In this document: positions 33,493-42,266 of the stretch, one piece after another | Layout of the letters: each line of letters opens with the position of its first letter | Position numbering within the stretch: position 1 is the stretch's first letter | Assembly (NCBI GenBank): GCA_963813715.1 | Contig: CAWFAK010000012.1 | Span: 224,001 to 288,000, forward strand | Length of the DNA stretch: 64,000 nucleotides | Direction of reading: 5' to 3' | Source of the DNA: an uncultured Planctomycetaceae bacterium | GTDB lineage: Bacteria; Planctomycetota; Planctomycetia; Planctomycetales; Planctomycetaceae | Made by a program: the position numbers and the translations under genes | The notes under the pieces: generated by a model | What the model was told of the DNA's origin: nothing | What the model saw: the letters and a program-made list of their open reading frames with translations, nothing else | Databases searched by the model: none

Positions 33493-36423
33493 CTAGCGGT
33501 TCAAACCGACGTAAAAGCTGAAGACCTGCGTGATGTCGGTCTGCTGCTTGACGACGGGGACGGCGAAGTCGAACGCCAGGGGCACGGGGCCGAGCATCGG
33601 CAGGGCGACGCGGAAGCCGGCGCCCACGCTGCAGCGGAATCCGCCCAACGTCACGCCGTCTTCGACGGTGCCGAAGTCGCTGAACGTGACGAGAGAAACC
33701 ATGCTGTTGGCCAAGAGCGGCACCTGGTACTCGAGGGTGCCGACCGCCATGAATTGGCCGCCGATGTAGACGTTCTGGTTCGACTCGGCCACGGGGCTGA
33801 CGCCGCGGAAGGCGAAGCCGCGGAAGCTCTGGAAACCGCCGGCAAAGAACCGCTCGAAGATCGGCGTGTTGTCGCCGGTCCAGCCGAGCATGCCTCCGAC
33901 GGTGAGGATCTGGCGACCGCCGCCATCGGGCCGCTGATAGAGCGTGAAATACTGGCGGCCGTCGAGCTCAGCCCGGGGATAGTTGAAGTCGCCGAATCCT
34001 TGCTCGTAAGAGGCCTCGACCTTGTGCCCTTCGCCGGGCATGAAAGGCATGTCCCGCGTGTCGTAGATGAGCGAGCCGCGGACCGTACTCAGAAGGTTGT
34101 CGCCCACGACGGCTTGGAGGATGGAAGGCGTGGGGACGGTCACGTCCTCGATCCGCACGCCTTCGACCCGCAACGCCGAGGTAAACGACCACTCGGGGCT
34201 GAGCTGCCGGCCGATGTTGATGCGGCCGCCGACGCGGTCTTCGGTCCAGTTCAGATAGTAACGCTGGAAGTAGTAAACGCTCGTGCCCAGCGTCCAGTTC
34301 GAGTGAAACACGTACGGGTCGGACCAGCTGATCGTGTAACGGCTGACCTCGGTGCCGGGCATGGCCTCGATGCGGAACCGCTGGCCGGCGCCGCGCCAGG
34401 CCGTGCCGTCGATGAGGTCCTCCCAGCTTTGCGGAGGACGGAACAGGTCGAAGTTTTGCTCTTCGAAAACGATCGAGCCGACGAGACCCGAACTACTGTT
34501 GACGCCGACGCCGAACATCAGCCGGCCCGTGCGAGCTTCTTTCAAATAATAGTCGAGGTCGATCTGACCGCCCGGATTGAGCTGGACGTTGGTGGCGTAG
34601 GGATCGCCCTGCGGCGAGGGGGCAAACAGGGGATTGGCGGGCGAACCGAACGGATCGGCGCCCGTCTGTCCGCGGATCACGACCGTGTCGGCCGTCCACT
34701 CGTCCTCCGGCGGAGGACACAGGTACGGATCGTGGTCGAAGAAATGGTCTTCCTCATCCTCCGGAGCCGCGCTGCCGCGAGCGACCGGTTGCTGCTGTGG
34801 CGGCGGCGGCACGCGGGGCACCAGTGGCAGGTTGCCGCCGACGATGTTGTCGCCGATCGGCCCCGACGGGTTGACCCACGATGTGTCGTCATCGTTGCCG
34901 CTTTGGCCGCGGAGATTGCTTTCCATCCGCTCGTAGTCGGCGGTGACGGGCGTCATCTTGATGCGGACGCCTTCGCCTGTGCCGTCCTGCGCCACGTCGA
35001 ATACTTTGGCGCCGGTCAGCTTGCCCTTGCTCCTTTGAATCTTGGCGGGGTCGGCCAGTTCGCCGGGAGCCAGGCCAATGTAGTCATAGGCCACGGTCTT
35101 CCGCGTGCGGGAATGGTCCCCTTCGATGTGCACCGTGATCTTGCGAATCGTGTAAGTCCGGTCTTCGTCGACCCGCAACAACAGGTCGATGTTGCCCGGC
35201 TCGGGCAGATAGCGGGGGACGATCTCGACCTTGCAATACGTGTAGCCCAGCTCGCCGTACTTCTTCTTGATTTTGGCGATGTCTTTGTTGATGTGATAAG
35301 CGTTGTAGAACTCGCCCTCGTGGGTCTTGATGTCCTTTTGCAGGTCCGCCGTGGAGAACCGCGTGTTCCCCATGACGTTGATCGTGCGAATTCGGTAGTG
35401 CGGCCCCTCCTGCACGTGGAACAGGAGCTTGATCCACTTGTGGTCGGCTGAGTAGAGAACCTCGGGCGCGACCTTGGCGTCGAAATAGCCCAGGTTCTCG
35501 TAATACTTGCGGACCTTGGCACAGTCCTCGGGGAGCTTGGCCGGATCGAACTTGCCGCCGACGAAGCCGCCGTAAGCCGGCGTCGACACTAACTGCAGCG
35601 ACAAGAGTTCGCTCGAGAAGGCCTTGTTGCCCTCGAAGTCGCGCCACATGATCTTCTGCTTCACACCTTCGTGAATGCGGAAGAGGACGTCGCGATCGTC
35701 GCGTTTGCCGCCCTTTTCGAGGTCGACCGTCGCCTCCGAATAGCCCTGTTCCCGGTAGAAGCTCTCGATTTTCTTGGCCGCCTCGACGTTGGCGCTGGCG
35801 TCGAAGGGGCTGCCGACCTTGAGACCGGTGGCCTCTTCGAGCTTCTTGGTCTTGATCTCCAGGTTGCCCACGTACGCCACGCTGCGGACGATGGGCCGCT
35901 CGAAGACGACGAAGACGAGCACCTGCCCCTTCCCTTGTTTGGGCGGACGGTACCGGGTTTCGACGGTGTAAAACCAACCCGTCTTCCAAAGTGCGCGGAC
36001 GTCGTCCTGAATCGACTTGACCGAAGCTTTGCGGCCCGGAGCGACCTTCACCTTCTGCAAGATGGCCGGCGTGGGGATGGTTGCGTTTCCCTCGACCAGG
36101 ATCTCGCTGATGAATTCGCCTTCCTGCTCGGCCTGCCGCTTGGCGATGAGATCCCCGATCCGCCGATCTTCCTCGGCGGCGTTCGGGAGCGTCATCGAAT
36201 TCTTTTTACTGGCACCGTTGTTATTGCCCGGGGCCGCCTGCTGCCCGTTCTGCAGAAAGGCGCGATTGCTCATCGCGTCGGGGGGCGCCTGCGCATCGTC
36301 CTGAGCCTCGACCCTGGCCGACCCCGCCAGCAGCCCGACCAGCGCAAGCCCGGCCAGACACAGACCGCGGAATGCTCCGCGGACGGCCACGAGGCCGCAG
36401 GTGCCGGGTCGGACACCGGTCAT
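33493..36423 (-). CDS. bamA: BamA/Omp85 family outer-membrane assembly factor
   Basis: POTRA repeats ('I.VEGN', 'Y...GY..A.V'), 'E..TG.L.FGVG.NS..GL.G.I...EQNFD', 'RFFAGG..S.RGF', C-terminal 'FSFYVG'. Confidence 0.92.
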   Translation of the reverse strand: MTGVRPGTCGLVAVRGAFRGLCLAGLALVGLLAGSARVEAQDDAQAPPDAMSNRAFLQNGQQAAPGNNNGASKKNSMTLPNAAEEDRRIGDLIAKRQAEQEGEFISEILVEGNATIPTPAILQKVKVAPGRKASVKSIQDDVRALWKTGWFYTVETRYRPPKQGKGQVLVFVVFERPIVRSVAYVGNLEIKTKKLEEATGLKVGSPFDASANVEAAKKIESFYREQGYSEATVDLEKGGKRDDRDVLFRIHEGVKQKIMWRDFEGNKAFSSELLSLQLVSTPAYGGFVGGKFDPAKLPEDCAKVRKYYENLGYFDAKVAPEVLYSADHKWIKLLFHVQEGPHYRIRTINVMGNTRFSTADLQKDIKTHEGEFYNAYHINKDIAKIKKKYGELGYTYCKVEIVPRYLPEPGNIDLLLRVDEDRTYTIRKITVHIEGDHSRTRKTVAYDYIGLAPGELADPAKIQRSKGKLTGAKVFDVAQDGTGEGVRIKMTPVTADYERMESNLRGQSGNDDDTSWVNPSGPIGDNIVGGNLPLVPRVPPPPQQQPVARGSAAPEDEEDHFFDHDPYLCPPPEDEWTADTVVIRGQTGADPFGSPANPLFAPSPQGDPYATNVQLNPGGQIDLDYYLKEARTGRLMFGVGVNSSSGLVGSIVFEEQNFDLFRPPQSWEDLIDGTAWRGAGQRFRIEAMPGTEVSRYTISWSDPYVFHSNWTLGTSVYYFQRYYLNWTEDRVGGRINIGRQLSPEWSFTSALRVEGVRIEDVTVPTPSILQAVVGDNLLSTVRGSLIYDTRDMPFMPGEGHKVEASYEQGFGDFNYPRAELDGRQYFTLYQRPDGGGRQILTVGGMLGWTGDNTPIFERFFAGGFQSFRGFAFRGVSPVAESNQNVYIGGQFMAVGTLEYQVPLLANSMVSLVTFSDFGTVEDGVTLGGFRCSVGAGFRVALPMLGPVPLAFDFAVPVVKQQTDITQVFSFYVGLNR

Positions 36424-36699
36424 GCGAGGGTTGCTTTCGAGTAGGAGGATCACGAGGCCGAGACGTGCCTGTTTGCCTTTTGCGGTGTAACTTCCGGCGA
36501 AGAGCGGAGATGACTCTTCGAGACCGGCTCGAACACCGGGGAGACGGATCTATGGTGACATCGCACCGACTCCACCGGCCGCAGGGAGGCGGGGAAGAGA
36601 TATCGGATTCCCCCGATCCCAGCAAGACGAGTCTCGACTGCGGGAGCGGGGTGGAAGATGGGCGGGATGCGGCGCTGGGGAAACGAATTAATGACTAAG

Positions 36700-37569
36700 T
36701 CATTTCGTGCCCTGCAGCGCCTCCCCAGTCTGGTAGATGGCGACCGTGTCGAGCAGCTGGTCGTTGGCCTCGAACAGTTTGGCGAGACACGCTTTGTGGA
36801 TCTTCATCTTGGTGCCGCCGACCCCGATGGCGCCGTAGCAGATTGTGCCGTCGCGCTCGGCAGCTTTGTCGGTGACTTCGATCCCTTCGATGCCGGCCGG
36901 CGGAACCGCGTTGAGATCGATGGCCACTTTGAGCGCGGGGATCGCCCGCCGCTGTTCGGCCGTCAACAACCGGGCCCGCGTGGCGCCTGCCGCGATGATG
37001 AACTCCACGCCCGCGCAGGTCGCCACGACGTCGGACGGCGTGGCGGTCGACACGCCCGTGACGTGCGCGCCGGAGTGGGACGACGCCACCGAGGCGGCCG
37101 TCGCCTGCGCCCGTTCGAGCGAACGCGACGCCAAGCGCACTTTCGCCCCTTCGCGAACCAAGAGCTGCGCCGCGCGAACGCCCACCGGACCGGTGCCCCC
37201 CAGCACCAGGGCCGTGCGACCCTGCAGGCTGCCGTGCTTTCGCGCGGCCAACACGGCAGCGGCGGCCGTCGTGTTCGAGCCGTTCGAATCGATCATCACC
37301 GACACGCGGAGCGGCCCGAAGAAGGTGCCCGTCACCTTGTCGAAGAGTCGCTGGCCCGCCTCGACGTCGCTGCCGCCGATGTAGATCGCCGTGTGCTTCA
37401 AGTCGGCCGGGCCACGGGTGAAGATGGCCCCGTGCACGAGCGGCTCCACGCGGTCGGGCGTCATGCCGCCGTAGCTGAACAGCTCGTCGATCCCCGCGTC
37501 GACGGCGACGACGCGATCAAACACGCTCGGCACGGCGTCCGTGTCGAATTGAATCAGGATGCGGCGCAT
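36700..37569 (-). CDS. NAD(P)-dependent methylene-H4MPT/H4F dehydrogenase (Mtd family)
   Basis: 'PSVFD.VVA.DAG', 'GAIFTRGP', 'DSNGSNTTAAA', 'GGTGPVG', 'DLNAVPP.GIEG', 'GA.GVGG.KMKIH'. Confidence 0.92.
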   Translation of the reverse strand: MRRILIQFDTDAVPSVFDRVVAVDAGIDELFSYGGMTPDRVEPLVHGAIFTRGPADLKHTAIYIGGSDVEAGQRLFDKVTGTFFGPLRVSVMIDSNGSNTTAAAAVLAARKHGSLQGRTALVLGGTGPVGVRAAQLLVREGAKVRLASRSLERAQATAASVASSHSGAHVTGVSTATPSDVVATCAGVEFIIAAGATRARLLTAEQRRAIPALKVAIDLNAVPPAGIEGIEVTDKAAERDGTICYGAIGVGGTKMKIHKACLAKLFEANDQLLDTVAIYQTGEALQGTK

Positions 37570-37615
37570 GGAACGGGCTGCAGTGAGCCAGGAAGCGCTT
37601 CGAGCTTCGACGCCT

Positions 37616-38113
37616 TCAAACGCCCGAATACGGATGCTTGGCGGTTGCCTTCTTTTCCTGGATTTCCTTGGGCGTGGGCTCGTTCTTCATCGCGCGGGCG
37701 ATGGCCAGCTTCGTTGCCTCGTAATTGAATTGGAAGATCTTCTTGTTGTCGTCGGCTTCCCAGTGGATGAAGACGCCGCAGACGATCACCAGCGTGTCGC
37801 ACTGGTCCTTGGGAATCACGCCCGCCTCGACGCTGTCGGCCACGGCCTTGGCGACGGCATACTGGGCCGGTCCGAACATCTGCACCGCTTGCTTGGCGCC
37901 TTTGATCGTGACCTTGGTGATCATCACGGTGGCAGGCTTGACGAGCAGGTTGGGGGTGAGGACGGCCAGCAGGTTGCTGTGACCGGCACTTTGATTGGCC
38001 AGGGCATTGGCGAACGCGACGCCCACGGGGCCAGTCTTATCGCCGATCAACAGATCAATATGGGCGATCTCGTTGCCTTCGCCGCTGAGGGCTTCTCCGA
38101 TGTACATCGACAT
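37616..38113 (-). CDS. fae: Formaldehyde-activating enzyme
   Basis: 'IGEAL.GEGNEIAHIDL.IG', 'KP.TV...KVTIKG.KQAVQMFGPAQ.AVA.AV.DSV..G.IP', 'VFIHW.A.D'. Confidence 0.96.
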   Translation of the reverse strand: MSMYIGEALSGEGNEIAHIDLLIGDKTGPVGVAFANALANQSAGHSNLLAVLTPNLLVKPATVMITKVTIKGAKQAVQMFGPAQYAVAKAVADSVEAGVIPKDQCDTLVIVCGVFIHWEADDNKKIFQFNYEATKLAIARAMKNEPTPKEIQEKKATAKHPYSGV

Positions 38114-38335
38114 GCTGCCGTTCTCCTCAAATGGTGTTCTGCGAACTGTGGGCTGGGTTCCGACGAACCCGCACGCGGTCGAGCCGGCGGGATCGCAGTT
38201 CTCGAAACCGCGACCGGCAATCCGCAACCGCCTGTCCGGCTGGCACCGCATTGATAACGCGCCGGGTGGCCAAATTCCAGTTCGCTGTGCGCCGCCGCGG
38301 CTGCCGCGCATGATGCCCTCTGAAAGCGCGCACGC

Positions 38336-39610
38336 ATGACGACGCCACGCCTGATGATCCTGGGAGCCAGCACACGAGCCGCGGCCCAATCGGCCGTGCG
38401 AGCCGGTTTTCAGCCCGTCTGCGCCGATCACTTCGCCGACGAGGACTTGTTCGAGGTGGCTGAAGTCCTGCCGCTGTCCGACTATCCGCACGGTCTGCTC
38501 GCCTCGGCCGCTCACGAGCCCACGAACGCGGCCGGCGCGGTGACGCCTTGGATGTACACGGGCGCGCTCGAGAATCATCCCGGGCTGCTAAGAAAATTGG
38601 CCGCGCAGCGACCACTGTACGGCAATCCAGCCGACGTCGTCGCTCGCGTGCGGGATCCGTTCGCCGTCGCCGGTGTTTTGACGGAGGCTGGGCTTCCCGC
38701 GCTGGCAGTTCGACCGGCAGATCGACCGCCGCCGCGCGACGGCCGTTGGGTGATCAAGCCCCGACGCAGCGCGGGAGGACGGGGGATTTTTGTCTGGGAT
38801 GAATCGAGCTCCGACCCTGCGTCGCCGCCTCGCCGCGAGCCGGTTTATTTTCAGCAGCGCGCGGAGGGAACGCCGCACTCCGCCCTCTACCTCGCAACAT
38901 CCGGCGGAACGGTGCTCGTGGGCATCGCCCGCCAGCTGATCGGCGAGTCGCGGCTCTCCGCTCGCCCGTTTGCCTACTGCGGTTCGATTGGCCCGCTTGA
39001 GGTGGCCGAGCCGCTTTGGCAGGAAATGGCCGAGTGTGGGCGGCTCATCGGCCGGGCATTCGGGCTGCGGGGCCTGTTCGGCATCGACTTCATCCTCGAC
39101 GAAGCGGGCCGAGCGCGGCTGACGGAGGTCAATCCCCGCTATACGGCGTCGATCGAGGTCTTTGAAATGGCCCTCGGCTTGTCCCTGCTCACCGATCACG
39201 TGCGGGCGGCTGCCCAATTTACCAACGAAAACCGTTCATGCCAGCTTGCCGACGACCTGCAAGCGCGGCTCGAAACTGCCCGCCGGTCGAGCGGCGGCCG
39301 AATGTGCGGCAAGGCCATCGTCTACGCGCCGTTTACCCTGCGGGCCCCGAGCCTGGCCGACTTGAGCCGCACGCCCGCCTGGTCGGCCACCCGGGCTCGA
39401 CTCGCCGACCGGCCCTCTCCAGGGACGCTCGTGCCGGCCGGCGCCCCGTTTTGCACTGTCTTAATTACCTTAATCGAAACGGGCTTAATCGAAACAGGCG
39501 ACACGACGGCAAAACCGGCGGCCGCACCGCTGGCCCCGCTCGAACCGGCCCTGTCATGGTTAGAAGCCGAGTTGGAGCCGTGTCGGGAGACGTCGGTCGG
39601 TTCGTATTAG
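38336..39610 (+). CDS. ATP-grasp domain protein (H4MPT/methanofuran-cluster type)
   Basis: 'GAS.RAAA.SA.RAG......D.FAD.DL', 'IKP..SAGG.GI', 'GL.G.FGIDF', 'EVNPRY.AS'; divergent from fae. Confidence 0.88.
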   Translation: MTTPRLMILGASTRAAAQSAVRAGFQPVCADHFADEDLFEVAEVLPLSDYPHGLLASAAHEPTNAAGAVTPWMYTGALENHPGLLRKLAAQRPLYGNPADVVARVRDPFAVAGVLTEAGLPALAVRPADRPPPRDGRWVIKPRRSAGGRGIFVWDESSSDPASPPRREPVYFQQRAEGTPHSALYLATSGGTVLVGIARQLIGESRLSARPFAYCGSIGPLEVAEPLWQEMAECGRLIGRAFGLRGLFGIDFILDEAGRARLTEVNPRYTASIEVFEMALGLSLLTDHVRAAAQFTNENRSCQLADDLQARLETARRSSGGRMCGKAIVYAPFTLRAPSLADLSRTPAWSATRARLADRPSPGTLVPAGAPFCTVLITLIETGLIETGDTTAKPAAAPLAPLEPALSWLEAELEPCRETSVGSY

Positions 39611-39746
39611 AGGGCAATCTGAGCCGGGGATCGCCGTCCCAAGGGGCCGCTTGCGATTCTTCTTGATGGTATGGTGAGGGGCCGATAGAATCGCTTCAAA
39701 TTCAAGGGATCCCGCCCAAACTTCCGAGCCACAACCGCGCGAGGCC

Positions 39747-41099
39747 ATGTCGAAGCCGTCCGACATCCAGATCGTTGAAGCCGTTCTGAGCTTTGAATCG
39801 GTCCCCTATCGCACTCCGTTGAAGTTTGGCGGGCGGACCGTTGACCACGCGATTCTGGTCAACGTCGAAGTCTCCGCGGAAAGTCGCCGCGGCCACGGCG
39901 CCTCCGGTTTCGGCACCATGCCCCTGGGCAGCGCGTGGGCCTGGCCCAGCACCTCCCTCTCGGTCGAGCAGACCGAAGACGCGATGCAGAAGTTCGCGGA
40001 GGACGTGATCGAGCTGGCCAACGGCTATCCCGACTTCGGCCACCCGATCGAAATCGCCTATTCGCTCTCCGCCGAATACCCGCACGTGGCCAAAACGCTG
40101 GCGCAACGGCTCAAGCTGTCCGAAGAGATGCCGCTGTTGGCTCAACTCGTCGCCGCGAGCGCGTTCGACGCCGCCCTGCACGACGCCTTCGGCCGCGCCA
40201 ACGACATGAACTCGTACGACGGACTGTCGTCGAAGCACATGAACGACGATCTGTCGATCTACCTCGACGACCAGTTCAAGGGCGAGTATCTCGACAAGTA
40301 CACGCTGCGACAGCCGAAGCCGACCTTGCCGCTCTACCACCTGGTCGGGGCGCTCGATCCGCTCACCGCGGCCGAGGTGAAGCAGCCGCTCAAGGACGGA
40401 CTGCCCGAATCGTTAAGCGATTGGATCAAGGCCGACGGGCTGACGCATCTGAAGATCAAGCTGGCCGGCGACGATTTGAACTGGGACGTCGAGCGGACCC
40501 TGGCCGTCGATCGCGTCGCCACGGAGGCGGCCTCTGCCAAGGGCAAGTCGGCGCTCTCGTATTCGTGCGACTTCAACGAGAAGTGCCCGAACGCGGCCTA
40601 CGTGGTCGATTTCCTCAACCGCATCAAAAAGCAGAATGCGGCCGCCTTCGATCGCATCCAGTACCTCGAACAGCCGACGCACCGCAACCTGCGCGAGCAC
40701 CCGAACGATAAAATGCACGACGCGGCGAAGCTCAAGCCCGTCGTGATCGACGAATCGCTGGTCGACTACGAATCGCTGACATTGGCCCGCGACATGGGCT
40801 ATAGCGGCGTGGCCCTCAAAACGTGCAAGGGGCAGACCGATTCGTTGCTGCTGGCCGCCGCCGCGCAGAAGTTCGGCATGTTCGTCTGCGTGCAGGACCT
40901 CACCTGCCCAGGCGCGTCGTTCCTGCAGTCAGCCTCGCTCGCGGCCCGCATCCCCACGGTGGCCGCCGTCGAAGGCAACAGCCGGCAGTACTGCCCGCAA
41001 GCCAACAAGCTGTGGGCCAAAAAGTATCCCGGCCTCTTCAAAGTCACCGACGGCCAGGTGACCACCGGCGCGCTCAACAAGATCGGCCTGGGATTCTGA
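39747..41099 (+). CDS. Mandelate racemase/muconate lactonizing enzyme (enolase superfamily) protein
   Basis: 'RTPLKFGG', 'HLKIKL.G', 'DFNE', 'YLEQP', 'IDES', 'ALK.CKG'. Confidence 0.88.
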   Translation: MSKPSDIQIVEAVLSFESVPYRTPLKFGGRTVDHAILVNVEVSAESRRGHGASGFGTMPLGSAWAWPSTSLSVEQTEDAMQKFAEDVIELANGYPDFGHPIEIAYSLSAEYPHVAKTLAQRLKLSEEMPLLAQLVAASAFDAALHDAFGRANDMNSYDGLSSKHMNDDLSIYLDDQFKGEYLDKYTLRQPKPTLPLYHLVGALDPLTAAEVKQPLKDGLPESLSDWIKADGLTHLKIKLAGDDLNWDVERTLAVDRVATEAASAKGKSALSYSCDFNEKCPNAAYVVDFLNRIKKQNAAAFDRIQYLEQPTHRNLREHPNDKMHDAAKLKPVVIDESLVDYESLTLARDMGYSGVALKTCKGQTDSLLLAAAAQKFGMFVCVQDLTCPGASFLQSASLAARIPTVAAVEGNSRQYCPQANKLWAKKYPGLFKVTDGQVTTGALNKIGLGF

Positions 41100-41116
41100 G
41101 GTCTCTCGTCAGCTCG

Positions 41117-41199
41117 GGGTGGCACTGGCGGCTTGCCGCCAGTGCGCTTTCTCGAAAACCGCGAAGACAACACTGGCGGACAAGCCGCCAGTGCCACCC
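41117..41199. repeat. REP doublet GGGTGGCACTGGCGG...CCGCCAGTGCCACCC
   Basis: Two hairpins in inverted orientation between convergent genes; another copy at 45451-45485. Confidence 0.85.
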
Positions 41200-41251
41200 A
41201 TCGATTTGACCGGCCGATTCCACCCACCGCAATTGACGCGGCAGCTTGGCT

Positions 41252-41962
41252 CTACCAGGGTCCGCGCGTTTGCAGCGACTGGATGTTCGAGAACGCCAGC
41301 AGCGCGAACAAGAGCGCCGGATACATCCCGTACTGTTCGCGGTGCTGCCAGCCGTAAAAAGCCACACCGCCGGCGACAATCACACTCAGCATGGCGGCCA
41401 AGCGTGCACCGTCCCAAGGTCGAAAGCGTCTGAAGAGCGCTTCCGAGATGCGCCCGCCGTCAAGCGGCAGCACCGGCAGCAAGTTTACCAGACCCCACCA
41501 CAGGTTGATGAACTCCATGAAGTCGAAAAATGCCAGTAGCCGGATCTGCCAGAGGGGTTCGAGCGTCTGCGGCCATCCGGAGGCAATCAGGGCGGACGCG
41601 GCAACGTAGACCAACCCATATAAGAGGAATCCCGCGCCCGGCCCGGCAAACGAGATCAATACTGAGCGCCCCGTCGTGTGGCCGGACGTGGGACGGTAAA
41701 CGGCCAAGCCGCCGAAGCCATACAAGTAAACCTGGGGTGGCCAGCCGCAGGCGAGTGCCGTCAGCGCGTGACCCATCTCGTGCACGAGGATCGACACAAA
41801 CAGACAGCCGATCCAGATGAATAGCAGACTGATCCGGTCTTCGCTGTTCTCATGCCAGCCAGTGATCAGCCCGGCCAGCCAGAACCAGGGCGTCACGGCG
41901 ACGGGAATGCCGAACAGGCGAAATCGCAGGTCGTAGGGGGTCGTCCCGACCGATCCGAACAT
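41252..41962 (-). CDS. Site-2 protease (M50) family protein
   Basis: 'SILVHEMGHA', 'ISFAGP', 'NLLPVLPLDGG'. Confidence 0.95.
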   Translation of the reverse strand: MFGSVGTTPYDLRFRLFGIPVAVTPWFWLAGLITGWHENSEDRISLLFIWIGCLFVSILVHEMGHALTALACGWPPQVYLYGFGGLAVYRPTSGHTTGRSVLISFAGPGAGFLLYGLVYVAASALIASGWPQTLEPLWQIRLLAFFDFMEFINLWWGLVNLLPVLPLDGGRISEALFRRFRPWDGARLAAMLSVIVAGGVAFYGWQHREQYGMYPALLFALLAFSNIQSLQTRGPW

Positions 41963-42034
41963 GTCGCGTCAACTTCCTGCTCTGACCGCCTCAATTGGTC
42001 GCGTTTGCCGTGCGGGTCGGCCGGCGTTCGGGGA

Positions 42035-42062
42035 TTGACCCATTCGCCCGACCGACTAGGAT
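42035..42062 (+). promoter_or_regulatory. sigma70-like promoter for putative retron transcript
   Basis: TTGACC (42035-42040)-N16-TAGGAT (42057-42062), 8 nt before the 5' arm of the ncRNA stem. Confidence 0.6.
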
Positions 42063-42070
42063 ATGCACAA

Positions 42071-42247
42071 CGTGGCCGGCCGGTCGCACAAGCTCGGTTC
42101 GCTTCGCCTTAACCGGCGTTGCGAACGCTGCGGGGTTACCCCGTGGTCGCAACATTGTATCCATTTCGTGGCGTGAATGACCTCCTCGGCAGACCATACC
42201 GAGTAGGACATTCGGCACAGGACCCGTTGTGCAGCCCGCCGGCCATG
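42071..42247 (+). ncRNA. Putative retron msr-msd RNA
   Basis: Terminal inverted repeat CGTGGCCGGCCGGTCGCACAA (42071-42091) / TTGTGCAGCCCGCCGGCCATG (42227-42247), 17 Watson-Crick + 2 G-U of 21; G42092 in AGC context right after the 5' arm; hairpins 42095-42115 and 42118-42153; msd-like stem-loop about 42175-42213; ends 19 nt before the RT start. Confidence 0.72.
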
Positions 42248-42266
42248 CTCTTTGGATCCCCCCCGC

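Noticed and set aside
33190..35451. Long + strand ORF (753 aa) and similar shadows (16328-18163, 53880-55883, 58795-60588)
   Set aside because: Antisense shadows of well-supported genes, expected in high-GC DNA
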